64,000 nucleotides of DNA. Origin: Eledone cirrhosa. Its lineage: Eukaryota. Every line of letters begins with the position of its first letter. The first letter of the stretch is position 1. The position numbers and the translations under genes were made by a program. Below are positions 42,058 through 60,746 of the stretch, piece by piece. The stretch lies in NCBI GenBank assembly GCA_964016885.1, contig OZ024741.1:66650001-66714000 (forward strand). The letters are read 5' to 3'. The notes below the pieces were generated by a model, which was not told where the DNA came from, did no database searches, and saw only the letters and a program-made list of their open reading frames with translations.

Positions 42058-42514
42058 AATATTTCAGTGACAGCCATCTTTGGCTGTGATCTCTTCAGGC
42101 AGTTTGAATTAGTATGGTATAGACAAGTACATATGTTGTTTAGGTGTATAATATTGTCAATACTCTAATATGCCCAGTTCCTTGTTGGGTTGTTAATTCA
42201 GGTTGTTAATTCAGGTTGTTATATATATATATAAACAGTTCCTCAGTGAATTAACAACCCAACAAGGAACTGGGCATATCAGAGTATTGACAATATTATA
42301 CACCTAAACAACATATGTACTTGTCTATACCATCCTAATTCAAACTGCCTGAAGAGGTCACAGCCAAAGATGGCTGTCACTGAAATATATATAGCAGTAA
42401 TAAACGAAGTTAAATTTTAATCATTTGACTTTTATTTAACTTTATTTTACACTACTCCGGAGTAACCAAACCAACCTGCGCACTTCGTCGAGTGCTCCAG
42501 CCTGCACATAAACT

Positions 42515-42520
<6 letters not shown>
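42058..42520. mobile_element. Head-to-head fold-back of HHR family B pLTR
   Basis: 42058-42200 is the reverse complement of ~42247-42387. Confidence 0.8.
42344..42398 (+). ncRNA. Type I hammerhead, family B
   Basis: ACUGC-CUGAAGA-GGU-C-ACAGCCA/UGGCUGU-C-ACU-GAAA-UAUAUA-UA-GCAGU, followed by AAUAAA. Confidence 0.85.
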
Positions 42521-42559
<39 letters not shown>

Positions 42560-42562
<3 letters not shown>

Positions 42563-43399
42563 ATATATATAAAATTAAGTATGTGTGTGTGTCTGTGTGT
42601 CTGTGTGTCTGTGTATTACCTATAGGGGCCTACATCTTATGACCGATTTTCATTAAACTTTACAGGCTCATAGATTAGTCATCGGGGAGTGTTGTTTTCT
42701 ATATATCAGCGTATTGGTTTTTTTTTTATTCCGGGGTCATTCTGCAGATAAAAATCGATAGGGGTCACCTTTTTTTAGGTATTGAAAAATAAGATTTTTG
42801 GCTCTAGCTCCCACATTTTGCCCCCGATTTCGTTCAAATTTTACACTATGTTAGATCTGATTATTTCACATCTTAAAGTGACTTTACATTTTAGATTTTT
42901 TGTTCAGGAACGGCGTGGCAGCCGCTTAAATATTCGAAAATACCACCTTTTCGTTCAAATTTCCGCCTTTTCAGCTCTAGCTCCAGCATTTTTCAACCGA
43001 TTTCGTTCAAATTCGAAACTTCGGCTCCACCTCATACATAAATCAATTTATTTGGTTCATCTTTTATACTACGATAGAACCTATCATTGAACAACTTATA
43101 GATGGTCAAAGGCAAATCGATGGCCACTGTCGTCATTTGAGCTTTTAGTTGTGTATATCGAGAATTCATCGGTTTCCATCAAGTAGCGTGAGGAAATTTG
43201 GCTTAGTGTTAGAGGTCATTACCTCCCTCCCCCAGCATGCCCCTTCGTCAGTCACCCGCATTTCTCAGTGATAGAGCTCATCACCACCCTCCCTCGCATG
43301 GCCTGTGTGTGGCCATAGATGAGTTATCAAGAAGCAGTCGCTAAGACCAACACCAGATATTATTTTACCTACCCAGGCAACGCTGGGTACTGCTGCTAG
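42560..43399 (+). mobile_element. Non-autonomous Helitron
   Basis: 3' hairpin ACCCAGGCAACGCTGGGT then CTAG|T; 5' TATATATATAAAA start with a (GTCT/GT) microsatellite; repeated CCGATTTCGTTCAAATT. Confidence 0.75.
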
Positions 43400-43720
43400 T
43401 ATATATATATATATCAATGAAATTAATAAATGGAAACTATATTTATAAAACCATATTTATTCTATTATATATATTTCAAGGGTACTAAAACTTTGGTACG
43501 CTCTTTGGTACCCTTGAAATATATATAATAGAATAAATATGGTTTCATAAATATAGTTTCCATTTATTAATATCATTGATATTAATAAATGGAAACTATA
43601 TTTATTGATATTATATTATATATATATTGATATTATACTCCAGAAAACTTGTCGAGTGCTTCGAACCAGTTATAATCAGTTATTTTTGTTGAATTACCAA
43701 CAAATTAAATATCCCTTTTG

Positions 43721-43849
<129 letters not shown>

Positions 43850-43890
43850 ATATATATATATATATATGTATGTATATATGTATGTATGTA

Positions 43891-43993
<103 letters not shown>

Positions 43994-43994
43994 G

Positions 43995-44032
<38 letters not shown>

Positions 44033-44050
44033 TATATATATATATATGTA

Positions 44051-44093
<43 letters not shown>

Positions 44094-44549
44094 ATATATA
44101 TGTATGAGGATAGATAATGTTTTGTTTATCCATATCAAGAATGAATACTTAAACAAGATAACTGCTTAACAAAGTTTATATATTTTATGGTGCTACACTT
44201 GGTTATATATATATATGTATATATATATTCAAAACAACAAACAGCGAAGGACGCGTTCCGGACTTGTCCGACAGACAACCTTTTCCCCCACCTCTGAAAA
44301 AACCCCCAGTTGATGGATGTAAATCCGAAATATATAGGGACTATTAAATCTCTCCCAAGGTAACTCTCTCTTGTGTTGTTATTTTTATTTTATCCTTTAT
44401 ACTCTTCCCTTCATTCTACACATCTCACACATCTCATACACACCACGCATCTCAACGTACACCCACTTACATCTCTCTCTCCACCACCGGACCTTGTTAC
44501 CCGGAGATTTACCCATTTGCATTGTCGAGGCTTCCAAACGACTTAAAGA

Positions 44550-44618
<69 letters not shown>

Positions 44619-44670
44619 ATAATATAGTAATAATAATAAAAATAATAAGTATATATATATATATATATAT

Positions 44671-46866
<2,196 letters not shown>

Positions 46867-48509
46867 GCGTGTGTGTATTGTTATACTTTGGGAGGGTCAT
46901 GCTGCCAATAAACACACACAACACACATATTGAGTTTCGCTTCAATTTATTATAATCTTTCGTCGGTTAGTGTAATTAGTGGATATTTGTTTAGTTGTTA
47001 ATTGCCAAAGCTCTTTCGTCAGACATTCTGTGTATCCAGAATATATATCCTGGGTGTGATAGATTAGCTCTGCACACCTGCCAAATATGGTAAAATTTCT
47101 TCATAATAATTCTGTACTTACTTTCCTTTGATATCATCATTTGTTTTCAAATCTTATAATAGCTATATTGAAAGAGAAACGAAATCAGGTCGAAGTCGTA
47201 TTATGTATAGAAATAGCTTAAAGCTTTTATGTTTATTTTGTGTAAAAAGCACGGCAGCACAGAATATGCCTAATATAAGAATTTCTTTGTAAATTGAAAA
47301 ACAAAAATCGATTGTCAAACCTAGTTGGGTTTCTCATTAGAAGGTATATATATATCATCTCAACAACTACAAGGAAATACGCTTATATATCCTATCATTT
47401 ATAGTAGTATTCTTCATAGTATCTTTACTATGTCTATGTACAAAAATTGGGAATTTTATATACACATTTACGGAGTCTCTGTTGCCTTAATTCTGTATAC
47501 ATATATAAAGAAATATGATTTTATCATATACTGCGGCTGCTTAGCGCTTAATTTTACATACATCTTAAATAACTACCAGCAGCAGTGTTACTAATATGCA
47601 AACTATTAAGACCATTTTAAGATATTATCATTAGGAAACCAAACGGTTGAAATTTTAAATAGCTTCATAGTAACTATTTTTTTTTTACGAAATTTTAAAA
47701 CGTTGTTATATATTTTGTCTTCAGTGTAGTATTTTAGGACGAACTTGACAATGATTCCTCGGCAAGATTTCAAGCCATTCTGAGTTCAAATCCCGCCGAG
47801 GTTAACTTTGCCTTTCATCCTTACGGGGTCGATAAAATAAAGTACCAGTAATGCACTGGGTAATTTCTGGCCTTGTGCCAAAAGTAGAAACAATTATTTA
47901 ATCCAAAAAATGGTAGGCAACATTTGAGCATAAGCATATTTTGCACATAGAAAACTTTATGGTGGGTGGAACACAAATCATCTTGTCAATTCAATATTTC
48001 TAACAACAAGTTTCTTTAAATTGTGCTAAGTGGATTCATAAGTGATTTAGTAATTTATGAATTACACATCATTTGGCTACGTGAAAGAACAATCCTAGCA
48101 CTGAAATATGTGAGAATTAATTCTATCTATTAAAAGCTAATCCAAAATATTTTCTAATTACTTAATACAGTTATCGGTCAAAATGAGGTTGTTAACTATT
48201 CAATTGCAATCGCCAAGGCTCCAAGGGTACCGTGGCTTGGTCATTTAAAATCAATTTCCAGGTTTGAACGCAGACGATTACGCCATTTTTGGCGTAGGAC
48301 AGAACAAAGGAGAGGCACAAAAACAAAGAAAGGAATCCCCAGTCACTGAAGAGGTCACAGAGTGTGTGACGAAAGAACTATGACAATATATAAACAACTA
48401 TCTGGTTGTGGAACCAACCAGAAATTTATTATAAATTTATTATAATAAATTGAAGTGAAAGCAACTGGTGCGTGTGTTTCTTATTGGCAACATGACCCTC
48501 CCAAAGTAT

Positions 48510-48562
<53 letters not shown>

Positions 48563-48670
48563 AGTCCCGGGTTCAATCGGGGGTAACCACAGTAAGTATG
48601 GTACTCAATACATTAGTAGAAATGGCTTCTACATCACTGGAACCTTCCTCCGAATGAAATCATCACACAC

Positions 48671-48830
<160 letters not shown>

Positions 48831-49115
48831 GCAGAGGTTATATTTAATTTGTTGGGATTCAACAAGCTTAAACATTTTTATAACTGATATAAAGTACTGA
48901 ACAAGTTAGTAGAGTAAATACACAATATATTAATAAATGGAAACTATATCCAGGAAGCTCCAACCGTTAAGGTTTTTTTTTTCCGGGTATGTCAATATTT
49001 ATTTATAAAACAAATCTGTATTTTATCTGATGAAAGCGCACTATAATTGGCCTTGGTTGCCCTTGAAATATGTATAATAAAATAAATATGGTTTTATAAA
49101 TATAGTTTCCATTTA

Positions 49116-49163
<48 letters not shown>

Positions 49164-49853
49164 GTATTAATTTAACAATGAAAATAATAACAACAAAGTC
49201 GAGTTATTTTACCTATTCATATCATTGTTTTACGATCGTTTCGGAGGGTTGATCATATTGACATATTGTCTGATTTATAGCAGTTATATAACTGTATACT
49301 ATCTACGGTACGGACCCTACTACCAAGGGTAGACCACACTAAATAATATATATATATATTATATAAAAGACTGTAATTTGATATTTATAGTAATCGACTA
49401 ATACAACAAATTACGCTGAGAAAACTACGTTTCAAATTAAACATGTTCCCAATGATTCTTAAGTCAACCGGTTCTTTGTAGATATATGTGTGTGTGGGAT
49501 GGGAGTGTGATGATCGTGTATAAGTGGGTATATGCACAATCTTTGATTCCTTTACTGGTTTCAGTCATGTTAAAACACCTATGATGGGGGCATGGCCCTG
49601 ATTTCTTCAATTATGTGGACACAAGTACTTATGTTTGTCATATCTAGTCCTTATTTTATCGCTCTCCTTTTGTCAAGCAACCAATTATGAGACATAAACA
49701 CTGTCATAGATGCACACACTATACATACATACATTCAGACTTACACTTACACACACACAATCTGATATATATTTATCCTTATCGAGCCCTCTTTGGATTT
49801 TAGTCTTCAAATTTATTATTATTACTATATATATATATATATAATATAAAAAT

Positions 49854-49905
49854 AGCTTTTACAGGACTAGAACTGTTTCATTCGAAGGAAATCATCAGGA
49901 AAGCC
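49854..49905 (-). ncRNA. Type I hammerhead, family G
   Basis: GGCUUUC-CUGAUGA-UUUC-CUUC-GAAU-GAAA-CAG..CUG-UA; inverted partner at 50000-50051(+) has CUGAUGC and ends GUA-GAAGCC. Confidence 0.7.
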
Positions 49906-50125
49906 GACTGTTAATGTGTTATGGTGATATTTATACATTATCTCGACTTATAATCCACCAGAAAATGTATAAATACCATCATAACACACATTGACAGTCG
50001 GCTTTCCTGATGCTTTCCTTCGAATGAAACAGTTCCAGTCCTGTAGAAGCCATTTCTAAATTAAACATTTATACTCCGCTATGTATTGAGTACCTTACTT
50101 ACTGTGGCTATCTCCTATTGGACCC

Positions 50126-50215
<90 letters not shown>

Positions 50216-50687
50216 CACATATATATACATGAAAACAGAGAAAGACAGAAAGAGATAAATAGAAAAGAAAGAAGTTAGAGTGTGGGTGAGAGAGTGTACT
50301 ACATGTGTACTACATGTGTATGTAGAAGCTAGAATGATAGGCGTGACACAAGGAGGATATCTCCTAGAAGTGACGATAAGAACTTTCAGAGAGAGACCTC
50401 GATAATGACTGTGGAGATGGTGAATATATGAGTGTTGGGGTTGTTGTTATTTATTGGCTTTACTGTTCTTTTGCTGTTGTTCTTGTTTTTATGTCGACTT
50501 ATAACCAAAGGTATTGCAACGGTGACTAACCTTTCTTATATTTATTTAGGGGTAGATTACCAGAACTTGCATTATATGAAGAATCCTTTCTTTTTCAAGA
50601 CTATTGTATAAGTTAAATAGAACTTGGCTGCTATTCCTGGCAGGTCAATTGTCCACTTAGTGATTCTTGATGGTATTATTATTATAG

Positions 50688-51095
50688 ATTTCAAATTCCG
50701 CCGAGGTTAGCTTTGTCTTTCCTCCTCACGGGGTCGATAAAATAAAGTACCAGTAATACACTAGGGTCGATTTAATCGACCCCCCCCCTTCAAATTGCTG
50801 GCCTTGTGCCTAAAGTAGAAACAATTATTATTATAGATTTCAAATCCCGCCGAGGTTAACTTTGCCTTTCATCCTTACGGGGTCGATAAAACCAAGTACC
50901 TGTAATGCACTGGGGTAATTTCTGGCCTTGTGCCAAATGTAGAAACATTATTATAGTCGTCGTTAATCCCGCCGAGGTTAACTTTGCCTTTCATCCTTAT
51001 GGGGTCGTTAAAATAAAGTACCAGTCACGCACTGGGGTCGATTTAATCGACTTTCCCCTTCCTTCAAATTACTGGGCTTGTGCCAATATAAAAAA
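50688..51095 (+). mobile_element. Three tandem 5'-truncated Meta/MESC-like SINE bodies
   Basis: CCGCCGAGGTTAACTTTGCC.. motif repeated near 50697, 50845 and 50968. Confidence 0.75.
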
Positions 51096-51788
51096 CCCTT
51101 ATTATAGTCGTCGTTTAACCCAAGGTAGGTACAGATCGAGCGAACCTATAATCAAAGACGCTTTAGCTGTCCCCATTATGTTTTTATGTTACCTAGGATT
51201 ATAACAGGCAATGTGTTCTTTATATGTTACAAAAGATTTAGCTGCTGTTTCTAGCAGGTTATCTCGTTGTTTTATTATCGTGGCATTCGTTTAAAGCCAG
51301 AATACTCATGATTGAACATTCCTATGATCAACAGCGTTCCAAACGAGTCTACCCTTCGTTCTTTTTTTAATCAGGTCTACTCCTTATGTGGCTACATTAT
51401 TCACTGTTTTTCGTTTCTTAAGGCAGTACAGTGGAGAATTTCGCTGCTATTTCTAGCACCATGAGTATTGGTGCCGTGGTTGTTGTTGGCGGTGGCGACG
51501 GTGGTGGAAGGTAAGTGTGGTGACAGGAGAAATTACTGTAGTATCAACAAAATATATGTATGCATCATATATTCACGACAGGCGCACTTCGATTTGTCTC
51601 ACCTGATACAAGGTATATCCCGCCCCACTTTCTTTTATTCATTCAGTAATTCTTTCTTTCTTTCTTTTTTACTTTCTTTTTTTCCTTTCTGTTTTTCTTT
51701 TCCTTTTTTTTTTTAGTATTCTCTACTCCGAATTTCGTTGTCTTCTCTTTCTGTGAAAAACATACATACAAACACACACGTATGTATG

Positions 51789-51855
<67 letters not shown>

Positions 51856-52044
51856 ATGTACACACAAACACATACACACACAACCGGTAAAAATTTAAAA
51901 GTAAAACTGAATACTAATTAATACTTATTCCTAATTAAACTATTTTTCACTGGGAAAAATTTGTCACCATTTTTTTTCCTTTTTACTAATATATCACAAC
52001 TCGTGTGTCACATCTCTATTATTTAATATATATATATATATACA

Positions 52045-52143
52045 CCGGGTGTCCCAAAAATGTATACACACTTTGATTACCTATACAAGCAATATTTATT
52101 ATAATGCTGTTGAAGTATGTATACATTTCTTTGGGACACCCTG
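52045..52143. mobile_element. Tc1/mariner-type MITE
   Basis: TIR CxGGGTGTCCCAAA..ATGTATAC / GTATACAT..TTTGGGACACCCTG in TA context; related copy at 62099-62177. Confidence 0.7.
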
Positions 52144-52173
52144 CATATATATATTTGTATGTTTGTGTGTATA

Positions 52174-52251
<78 letters not shown>

Positions 52252-52449
52252 CGAAGGAATTGTGGTAAGGAATCAGATGGACCATAACGCACCAAAGTAC
52301 TCAATACTTAGGGTAGTAGAGTGGGTAATAGGAACAAGTATGACCCCGACGGCAGAGCTTAAGCCGTTTCGTCCAGAAATAGCCGTCGAAACGGCTTGAG
52401 CTCTGCCGTCGGGGTCATACATGTTGATATATATATATATATATACATA

Positions 52450-52484
<35 letters not shown>

Positions 52485-52664
52485 CGAAGGAAATGTGGTA
52501 AGGAACCAGATGGACCATAACGCACCAAAGTACTCAATACTTCGACGGCTAATTCTGGGTCCAGAATTAGCCGTCGAAACGGCTTGAGCTCAGCCGTCGG
52601 GGTCCTACTCGTTCCTATATATATATATATATATGCGTATAAATATTTTACACACAAACATTGA

Positions 52665-52703
<39 letters not shown>

Positions 52704-53110
52704 GTACACACACTCACATACTTACATATCTGTGTTATGTGTGTACCTAGATATATCCGGTTGACGTAAGTAAGGTGAGGAAAATTTGGAATTTGGAATG
52801 TAGTCTTCCTAACACAAATGACTATAACAATAGTTGATTACTAAAAATGGTATTTGAAAGAATGGTGTGAGCAACCCCTGGAGACAGATATGACTGGACA
52901 GACGGTCAAAAGGTTTGAACCCTGTTATGTGCATCGGTACACTTGTTTCTGTCTCCTGTAGTACGATTTCCTCAATTATTATTTAGAGTGATCGACCATT
53001 GTTATAGTCATTTGCATTGGAACAACTACGTTTCAAATATATACAAATATATATTTACACACACAGTGACATATATATGCATATATATACATACACACGC
53101 AGGGGCGCAC

Positions 53111-53170
<60 letters not shown>

Positions 53171-53456
53171 GCACACACACATATATATATATAAATGTGC
53201 ATATATATGTATATGTCACTGTAGTAAGAATGTAGAGAAGTGACACACAAGTATATATATATATATATATGAATTATAAGAATCATAATTCATATAACTG
53301 CTCTGTAAATCATCTGATGTTTTTACATTGAGCTACTTAACTTACTGGTAATAAGGTAGTAATATATTACTGCCTACCACTATTTAGGGTTTGTATAAAA
53401 ATATATATAACTGCAAAAGGTTTTTGTATTTACATAACCATAAATAGTATAATTAA

Positions 53457-53501
<45 letters not shown>

Positions 53502-53599
53502 AAACATTGATGGCCAAATGAATTAACTGTGGAGATATAAAAGATGCAGAAGCGAAAACCAACCAAACAGTGAGTGTGTTCATATAAAATACCTCGCAA

Positions 53600-53694
<95 letters not shown>

Positions 53695-54272
53695 GCGTGA
53701 GCATACGTAGAAAAAACGTACAATCGCACCGAAAAACTCCCATAAGCAAACACATCCTCACGTAGTTTCTCTCCTCTCTATCTCTCTATCTTTTTTTACC
53801 ATTTTTCTACTTTCACTTTCAGTTCTACCTTATACACTATCTTTATTCTTCATTTACTCTCTCTCTCGCTCTTCCGCTCTCCCTTTCTATACTCTTACCT
53901 ATATAGTCTATTCTATACTCTTAAATTTCACATATATACAACTACATTCTTTCTTCTCTCCATCTTTTCTCTCCATATATACACCTTTTTTCTCCTTTTC
54001 TCTTTCTCTCCCCACACTCATCCTCTCCTTTTTTCTTTTTTTCTATCTTTCTATCCCTTTTCTTGTTTTCTCTAAGTTTCTTCTACTCTCTATAGTCTTC
54101 TCTCCGACACTCTCCTCGCCACATTCTAGGCTAAAGATAAAGGGTCTTTATGTCCTGGTGGAGTCATAGGGGCGCCATCATGACATACGATGTATCTTGG
54201 GTATTTAAACCTGGAGAAGTTCAGCTCACTGTACTTAAAGGGAGATGAAAGAGAGAGAGAGAGAGAGAGAAA

Positions 54273-54330
<58 letters not shown>

Positions 54331-54371
54331 AAGTGTGTGTGTGAGAAAGAGAGAGAGAGAGAGTGAGAGAG

Positions 54372-54436
<65 letters not shown>

Positions 54437-54455
54437 GAGAGAGAGAGAGAGTAAA

Positions 54456-54497
<42 letters not shown>

Positions 54498-54579
54498 AAA
54501 CCACAGTGAGACGAAACAAATACTTGGACTTTTTCAATTCTACGTCTTTAACCACTCTGCCAACTCACCGCCACCCTGT

Positions 54580-56178
54580 CCCACACTACACACTACACAC
54601 ACACACTACACACTACACACTACACACTACACACACACACACACTACACACACACACTACACACTACACACTACACACACTACACACTACACACATTACA
54701 CACTACACACTACACACACACACACACTACACACTACACACACACACACTACACACTACACACTACACACACTACACACTGCACACTACACACACACTAC
54801 ACACTACACACTACACACACTACACACTACACACTACACACATTACACACTACACACTACACACTACACACACACACACTGCACACTACACACTACACAC
54901 ACACTACACACACTACACACTACACACTACACACATTACACACTACACACTACACACACACACACACTACACACTACACACTACACACACACACACTACA
55001 CGCTACACACTACACACACACACACTACACACTACACACTACACACACTACACACTTCACACTACACACATTACACACTACACACTACACACTACACACT
55101 ACACACACACACACTACACACTACATACTACATACTACACACTACACACTACACACACTACACACTACACACTACGCACACACACTACATACACTACACA
55201 CTACACACACACACACACTACACACATTACATTCTACACACTACACACTACACACACTACACACAACACACTACACACACTACACACTACACACACTACA
55301 CACACAACACACTACATACTACATACTACACACACACTACACACACTACATACTACACACTGCAGACTACACACTACACATTACACACACACTACACACA
55401 CACTACACACTGCACACTACATACTACACACTACACACTACACACTACACACACTACACACAACACACTACACACTACACACACTACACACTACAAACTA
55501 CACACACACTACACACACTACACACTACACACTACCCACTACCCACTACACACACACACACTACACACTACACACTACACACTACACACTACACACACTA
55601 CACACTACATACACACTACACACAGACTACACACTACACACACACACTACACACACACACACACAACACAGACACACACACACACACTACACACTCCACA
55701 CACACACTACACACAACACAACACACACACACACTACACACTGCACACACATACTACACACTACACACACACACTACACACTCATACTACACACTACACA
55801 CACACACACTATACACATACACTACACACTACACACACACGACACACACACACTACATACGCACATACACTACACACAACACACACATAGTTGCGCACAC
55901 ACATAACACACAACACATACACACACATAACACAGACACACACACACACACGCTACACACAACACAAACACACGCTACACACAACACACACACACACACA
56001 ACACAACACGCACACACACTACACAACACACACATAACACACGCATGACACTCACGCAGACACACAACACATGCACTACGCACATCACACACTACACAAC
56101 ACACACACTCTACACACATAACACACACACACTCCACACACATACACACACACACTACACACACACACACACAAAACA
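54580..56178. repeat. Degenerate (ACACT)n/(CA)n satellite, about 1.6 kb
   Basis: Direct reading; source of the 466-aa H/T/Y ORF. Confidence 0.95.
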
Positions 56179-56513
56179 ACACCATTTTCTTCTCACTTTG
56201 TCTTTCTCTCTCTCGATGTCCGTCTCTTTCCGTCTCTTTCCGTCTCTTTCCGTCTCTTTCCGCCTCTTTCCCCTCTCTGCGTTAATAAACACGTTCTCTT
56301 CTTGACGTTTTCTTCTCACTCTATCTTCTTCCACAGCTTGCTATTTCTCTATTAATTTCTGCCCCCCCCCCCTGTCGCTGTTCTATCTATCTATCACCCC
56401 TTTTTCTTTCTTTTCCCCTCTCTCCTATCTGTTTATACTCTCTCTCACTCACACTCTCTATCTCTGTGTATATATATATATATATATACACATACACACA
56501 CATACACACACAT

Positions 56514-56544
<31 letters not shown>

Positions 56545-56557
56545 CATATATATATAT

Positions 56558-56707
<150 letters not shown>

Positions 56708-57117
56708 TCACACATATATATATATGTAGATCTCCGGTTAAATCGGGGATAACCACAGTAAGTAAGGTACTCAATACATAGCAGAGTAAAAGTAATTTAA
56801 TATAGAAATGGCTTCTACAGGACTAGAACTGTTTCATTCGGAGGAAATCATCATATATATATATATATATAACGAAGAAAGTGTGGTAAGGAACCGGGTG
56901 GACCATAACGCACCAGAGTACTCGATACTTTGGGTAGTAGAGTGGCTAATGGGAAAATGTTCAGGACCCTGACGGCAGAGCTCAAGCCGTCGGGGTCCTG
57001 AACATTTTCATATATATATATATATATATACATCCATATATATATATATATATATACATCCATATATATATATATATATATACATCCATATATATATATA
57101 TATATATACATACATAC

Positions 57118-57173
<56 letters not shown>

Positions 57174-57527
57174 GCAAAAGTTTTATTTAAAATTGTTGTG
57201 TTACAACGAGTAAATATTTTATAACTGATATAAAAGCACTCAACAGTTTTTTGAGTAGGTTTACGATATTAAACAAATGGAAACTATATTTATAAAACCA
57301 TATTTATTTCGTTATATATATTTTTGGGATATCATATTAAAAATATCAAATCAACTTTTTAAATGGAAGTTGCATTATTCTAAGGTATGTCAAATTTATT
57401 TATAAAACAGCTTATATATTGTATTTTGTCTGAGGAAGGCATACCATATTTTTAATATGATATCCCAGAAATATATATATAGAAATAAATATGGTTTTAT
57501 AAATATAGTTTCCATTTGTTTAATATC

Positions 57528-57580
<53 letters not shown>

Positions 57581-57701
57581 CAAGTTATTTTTGCATATAC
57601 AGATATATCGTTTATATATATATATATATATATATACATACGTCCTCTCTGTCTCTGATTCCGGACCCATGGATTTTATATATTCCTTTGTTACATTTCG
57701 A

Positions 57702-57759
57702 ATACCTGATGATATCACCGGATTCATACGGAACCCAGTCATTGAAATAATCATAGTAT
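57702..57759 (+). ncRNA. Type I hammerhead-like motif, family L
   Basis: AUAC-CUGAUGA-UAU-C-AC..GGAUUC/GAACCC..GU-C-AUU-GAAA-UAAUCA-UA-GUAU, followed by AAUAAA. Confidence 0.65.
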
Positions 57760-57969
57760 AATAAACTTTTCAAGGATTTACACCAGTCCAGCCTCCTGTT
57801 ATTTTATTTATAATAATTAACTCCGTACTAGCACCACCAACTACACAAACAAAGATGGGTGAACTGCACTACGTTGAGTACTCTCCATAATATTACATCA
57901 AGATTGACCATACGGAATGACCAATTCTATCCAGTGGGGAACCAACAAACCTAAATAAATATATGTATA

Positions 57970-58059
<90 letters not shown>

Positions 58060-58162
58060 TTTATATGTGTATATATATCTATCTTCCTCTCTATGTATCT
58101 ATCTATATACCTGTCTAACTAACTATCTATCTTCTTGTGCGCTCTTGTGGCAAATAAAGAAA

Positions 58163-58281
<119 letters not shown>

Positions 58282-58863
58282 ATCTATATATCTGTCACTT
58301 TTTCTTCCATCCATTCATCTATCCGCCTGTCTGTCGGCCGTCCTGTCTATCTGTCTGTCTAGAAACAGGCAGTATTTTCCTGTATCCGTTCACGAAACAC
58401 CTCCTTCAATAAAACCAGGCCCACCTCAACGCAACACATTCATTATTTCACCATTTCCAACAATTCCAACCTATACTGCTATTCTCTACATTTCATCTCC
58501 TTACTTTGTTGCATTCAACCACATACTCCTGATTAAGCCCCGCCCTCACCGAACGTGCACACACACACAGACACACACACACACACACATACACCCCCCC
58601 CCACACCTATACACAGGTGTGTGTGTACGTACACATATACACATGTACGCAGACATGCACAAATACAGAGTAAAATGTATTCTCACAATCTCATACACAC
58701 AGACACACACACACACACACATTCACTCACATAGACACATACACATTCACTCACAGAGTCACAAGCACAGACACACACAGCCACACACACATGTATATGT
58801 GAATGTATGTGTTTGTGTGTTCATTGAGGAATATGCCGGGAACATTGCAAGTGAAACTATAAC

Positions 58864-58911
<48 letters not shown>

Positions 58912-59402
58912 TAAACAGTATATATATATCTATCTCTCTCTCTCTCTATATATATATATATGTGTGTGTGTGTTTATATATCTATATGTATATATATCAT
59001 ACGTTATAGATATGTATATACAGAGGGAGAGAGAGAGAATGAGAGAAAGAGAGAGAGAGAGAGTAGGTGAGAGAGAGAATGAGAGAGTGAGTGAGGGTGA
59101 GAGAATGAGAGAGAGACATACACATACTTATAAACATATACATATATATACATACACGCGCACACACATATACACAAGTAAGTCCACCACATACACATAT
59201 AACATACAACATTAACATTAAAATATCTAAAGATATACAACAAACATCCATTCACAAAAATATAATACGTGCAGAGAAATACAGCAAACACGTGTTGCTG
59301 TACGTGTGAGCTGGCTTGGTGTGTTTGGCTCCACTTGATTGGTGTATATCAGACTTTTTGAATGGCTCTATGTTATTTATGTTTATCTATGCTGGATTTA
59401 AC

Positions 59403-59459
<57 letters not shown>

Positions 59460-59526
59460 CATACAGACATATATATATATATACATACATACACACACAC
59501 ACATATATGTATAGAGAAATAAATAA

Positions 59527-59571
<45 letters not shown>

Positions 59572-59657
59572 TATTTGTGATTCCTTCCTTTCCGCAGACC
59601 CACAGGCAGATACGTAGGTACGCACGCACACATACACACAGGTATGTATCGATGTGA

Positions 59658-59716
<59 letters not shown>

Positions 59717-60163
59717 CATGCTAACGCATGCGCATCTAAAAATATACCATATATGGGCATATTCACGTACGAATACTCACCACACATGTACGTATTAACA
59801 TACAAACAAACATAAGCTTAATAAAACACACACACACACATACAGCTACTGAAAATCATACATTCACAGAAATCTACACATATATGCTCTCATATGTGTA
59901 AATGTATTCCAATTTACGCACACATAGTAATATGTATACATATGTAATACATACGCGTATTAAAACACACATATACATACTTATATAATTTCCACAAACA
60001 TATATTGAAAAGCATTTTACATATATACATACGCAAACAGACATAATCACATCTATAAACATTGTATATACACGCATACAGATACATACATATATATGTA
60101 TATACCCAGATATAGTGGAACATACACATACACAGATATATATATATATATATGAGTTTTTGT

Positions 60164-60235
<72 letters not shown>

Positions 60236-60348
60236 GTGTATGTAAGTGGGTGTGTATATGTGTGTGTGATGTGTATGTGTGTGTATGTATGTATGTGTGT
60301 GTGTGTGTATTATATATATACTTTAATATAAATATATGTCCGTATGTA

Positions 60349-60416
<68 letters not shown>

Positions 60417-60626
60417 AACGAGTAGGACCCCGACGGCTGAGCTCAAGCCGTTTCGACGGCTAGTTCTGGACTAAAAAAAACGATTTTTTAGTCCAGAACT
60501 AGCCGTCGAAACGGCTTGAGCTCAGCCGTCGGGGTCCTACTCATTCCTATTACCCACTCTACTACCCTAAGTATTGAGTACTTTGGTGCGTTATAGTCCA
60601 CATGGTTCCTTAACACATTTCCTTCG

Positions 60627-60676
<50 letters not shown>

Positions 60677-60704
60677 GTGTATATATATATATATATATAT
60701 ATAC

Positions 60705-60746
<42 letters not shown>

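Noticed and set aside
49225-49300. Minus-strand CGAAAC-GAUC-GUA hammerhead-like 3' half
   Set aside because: No CUGANGA or stem II partner nearby, and only one copy
50688-51095. CRISPR-like repeat spacing
   Set aside because: Tandem SINE bodies in eukaryotic DNA, with no unique spacers or cas genes
54580-56178. Telomeric array or CACTA transposon ends
   Set aside because: Not TTAGGG-like; CACTA here is only the satellite unit, with no TIR or TSD
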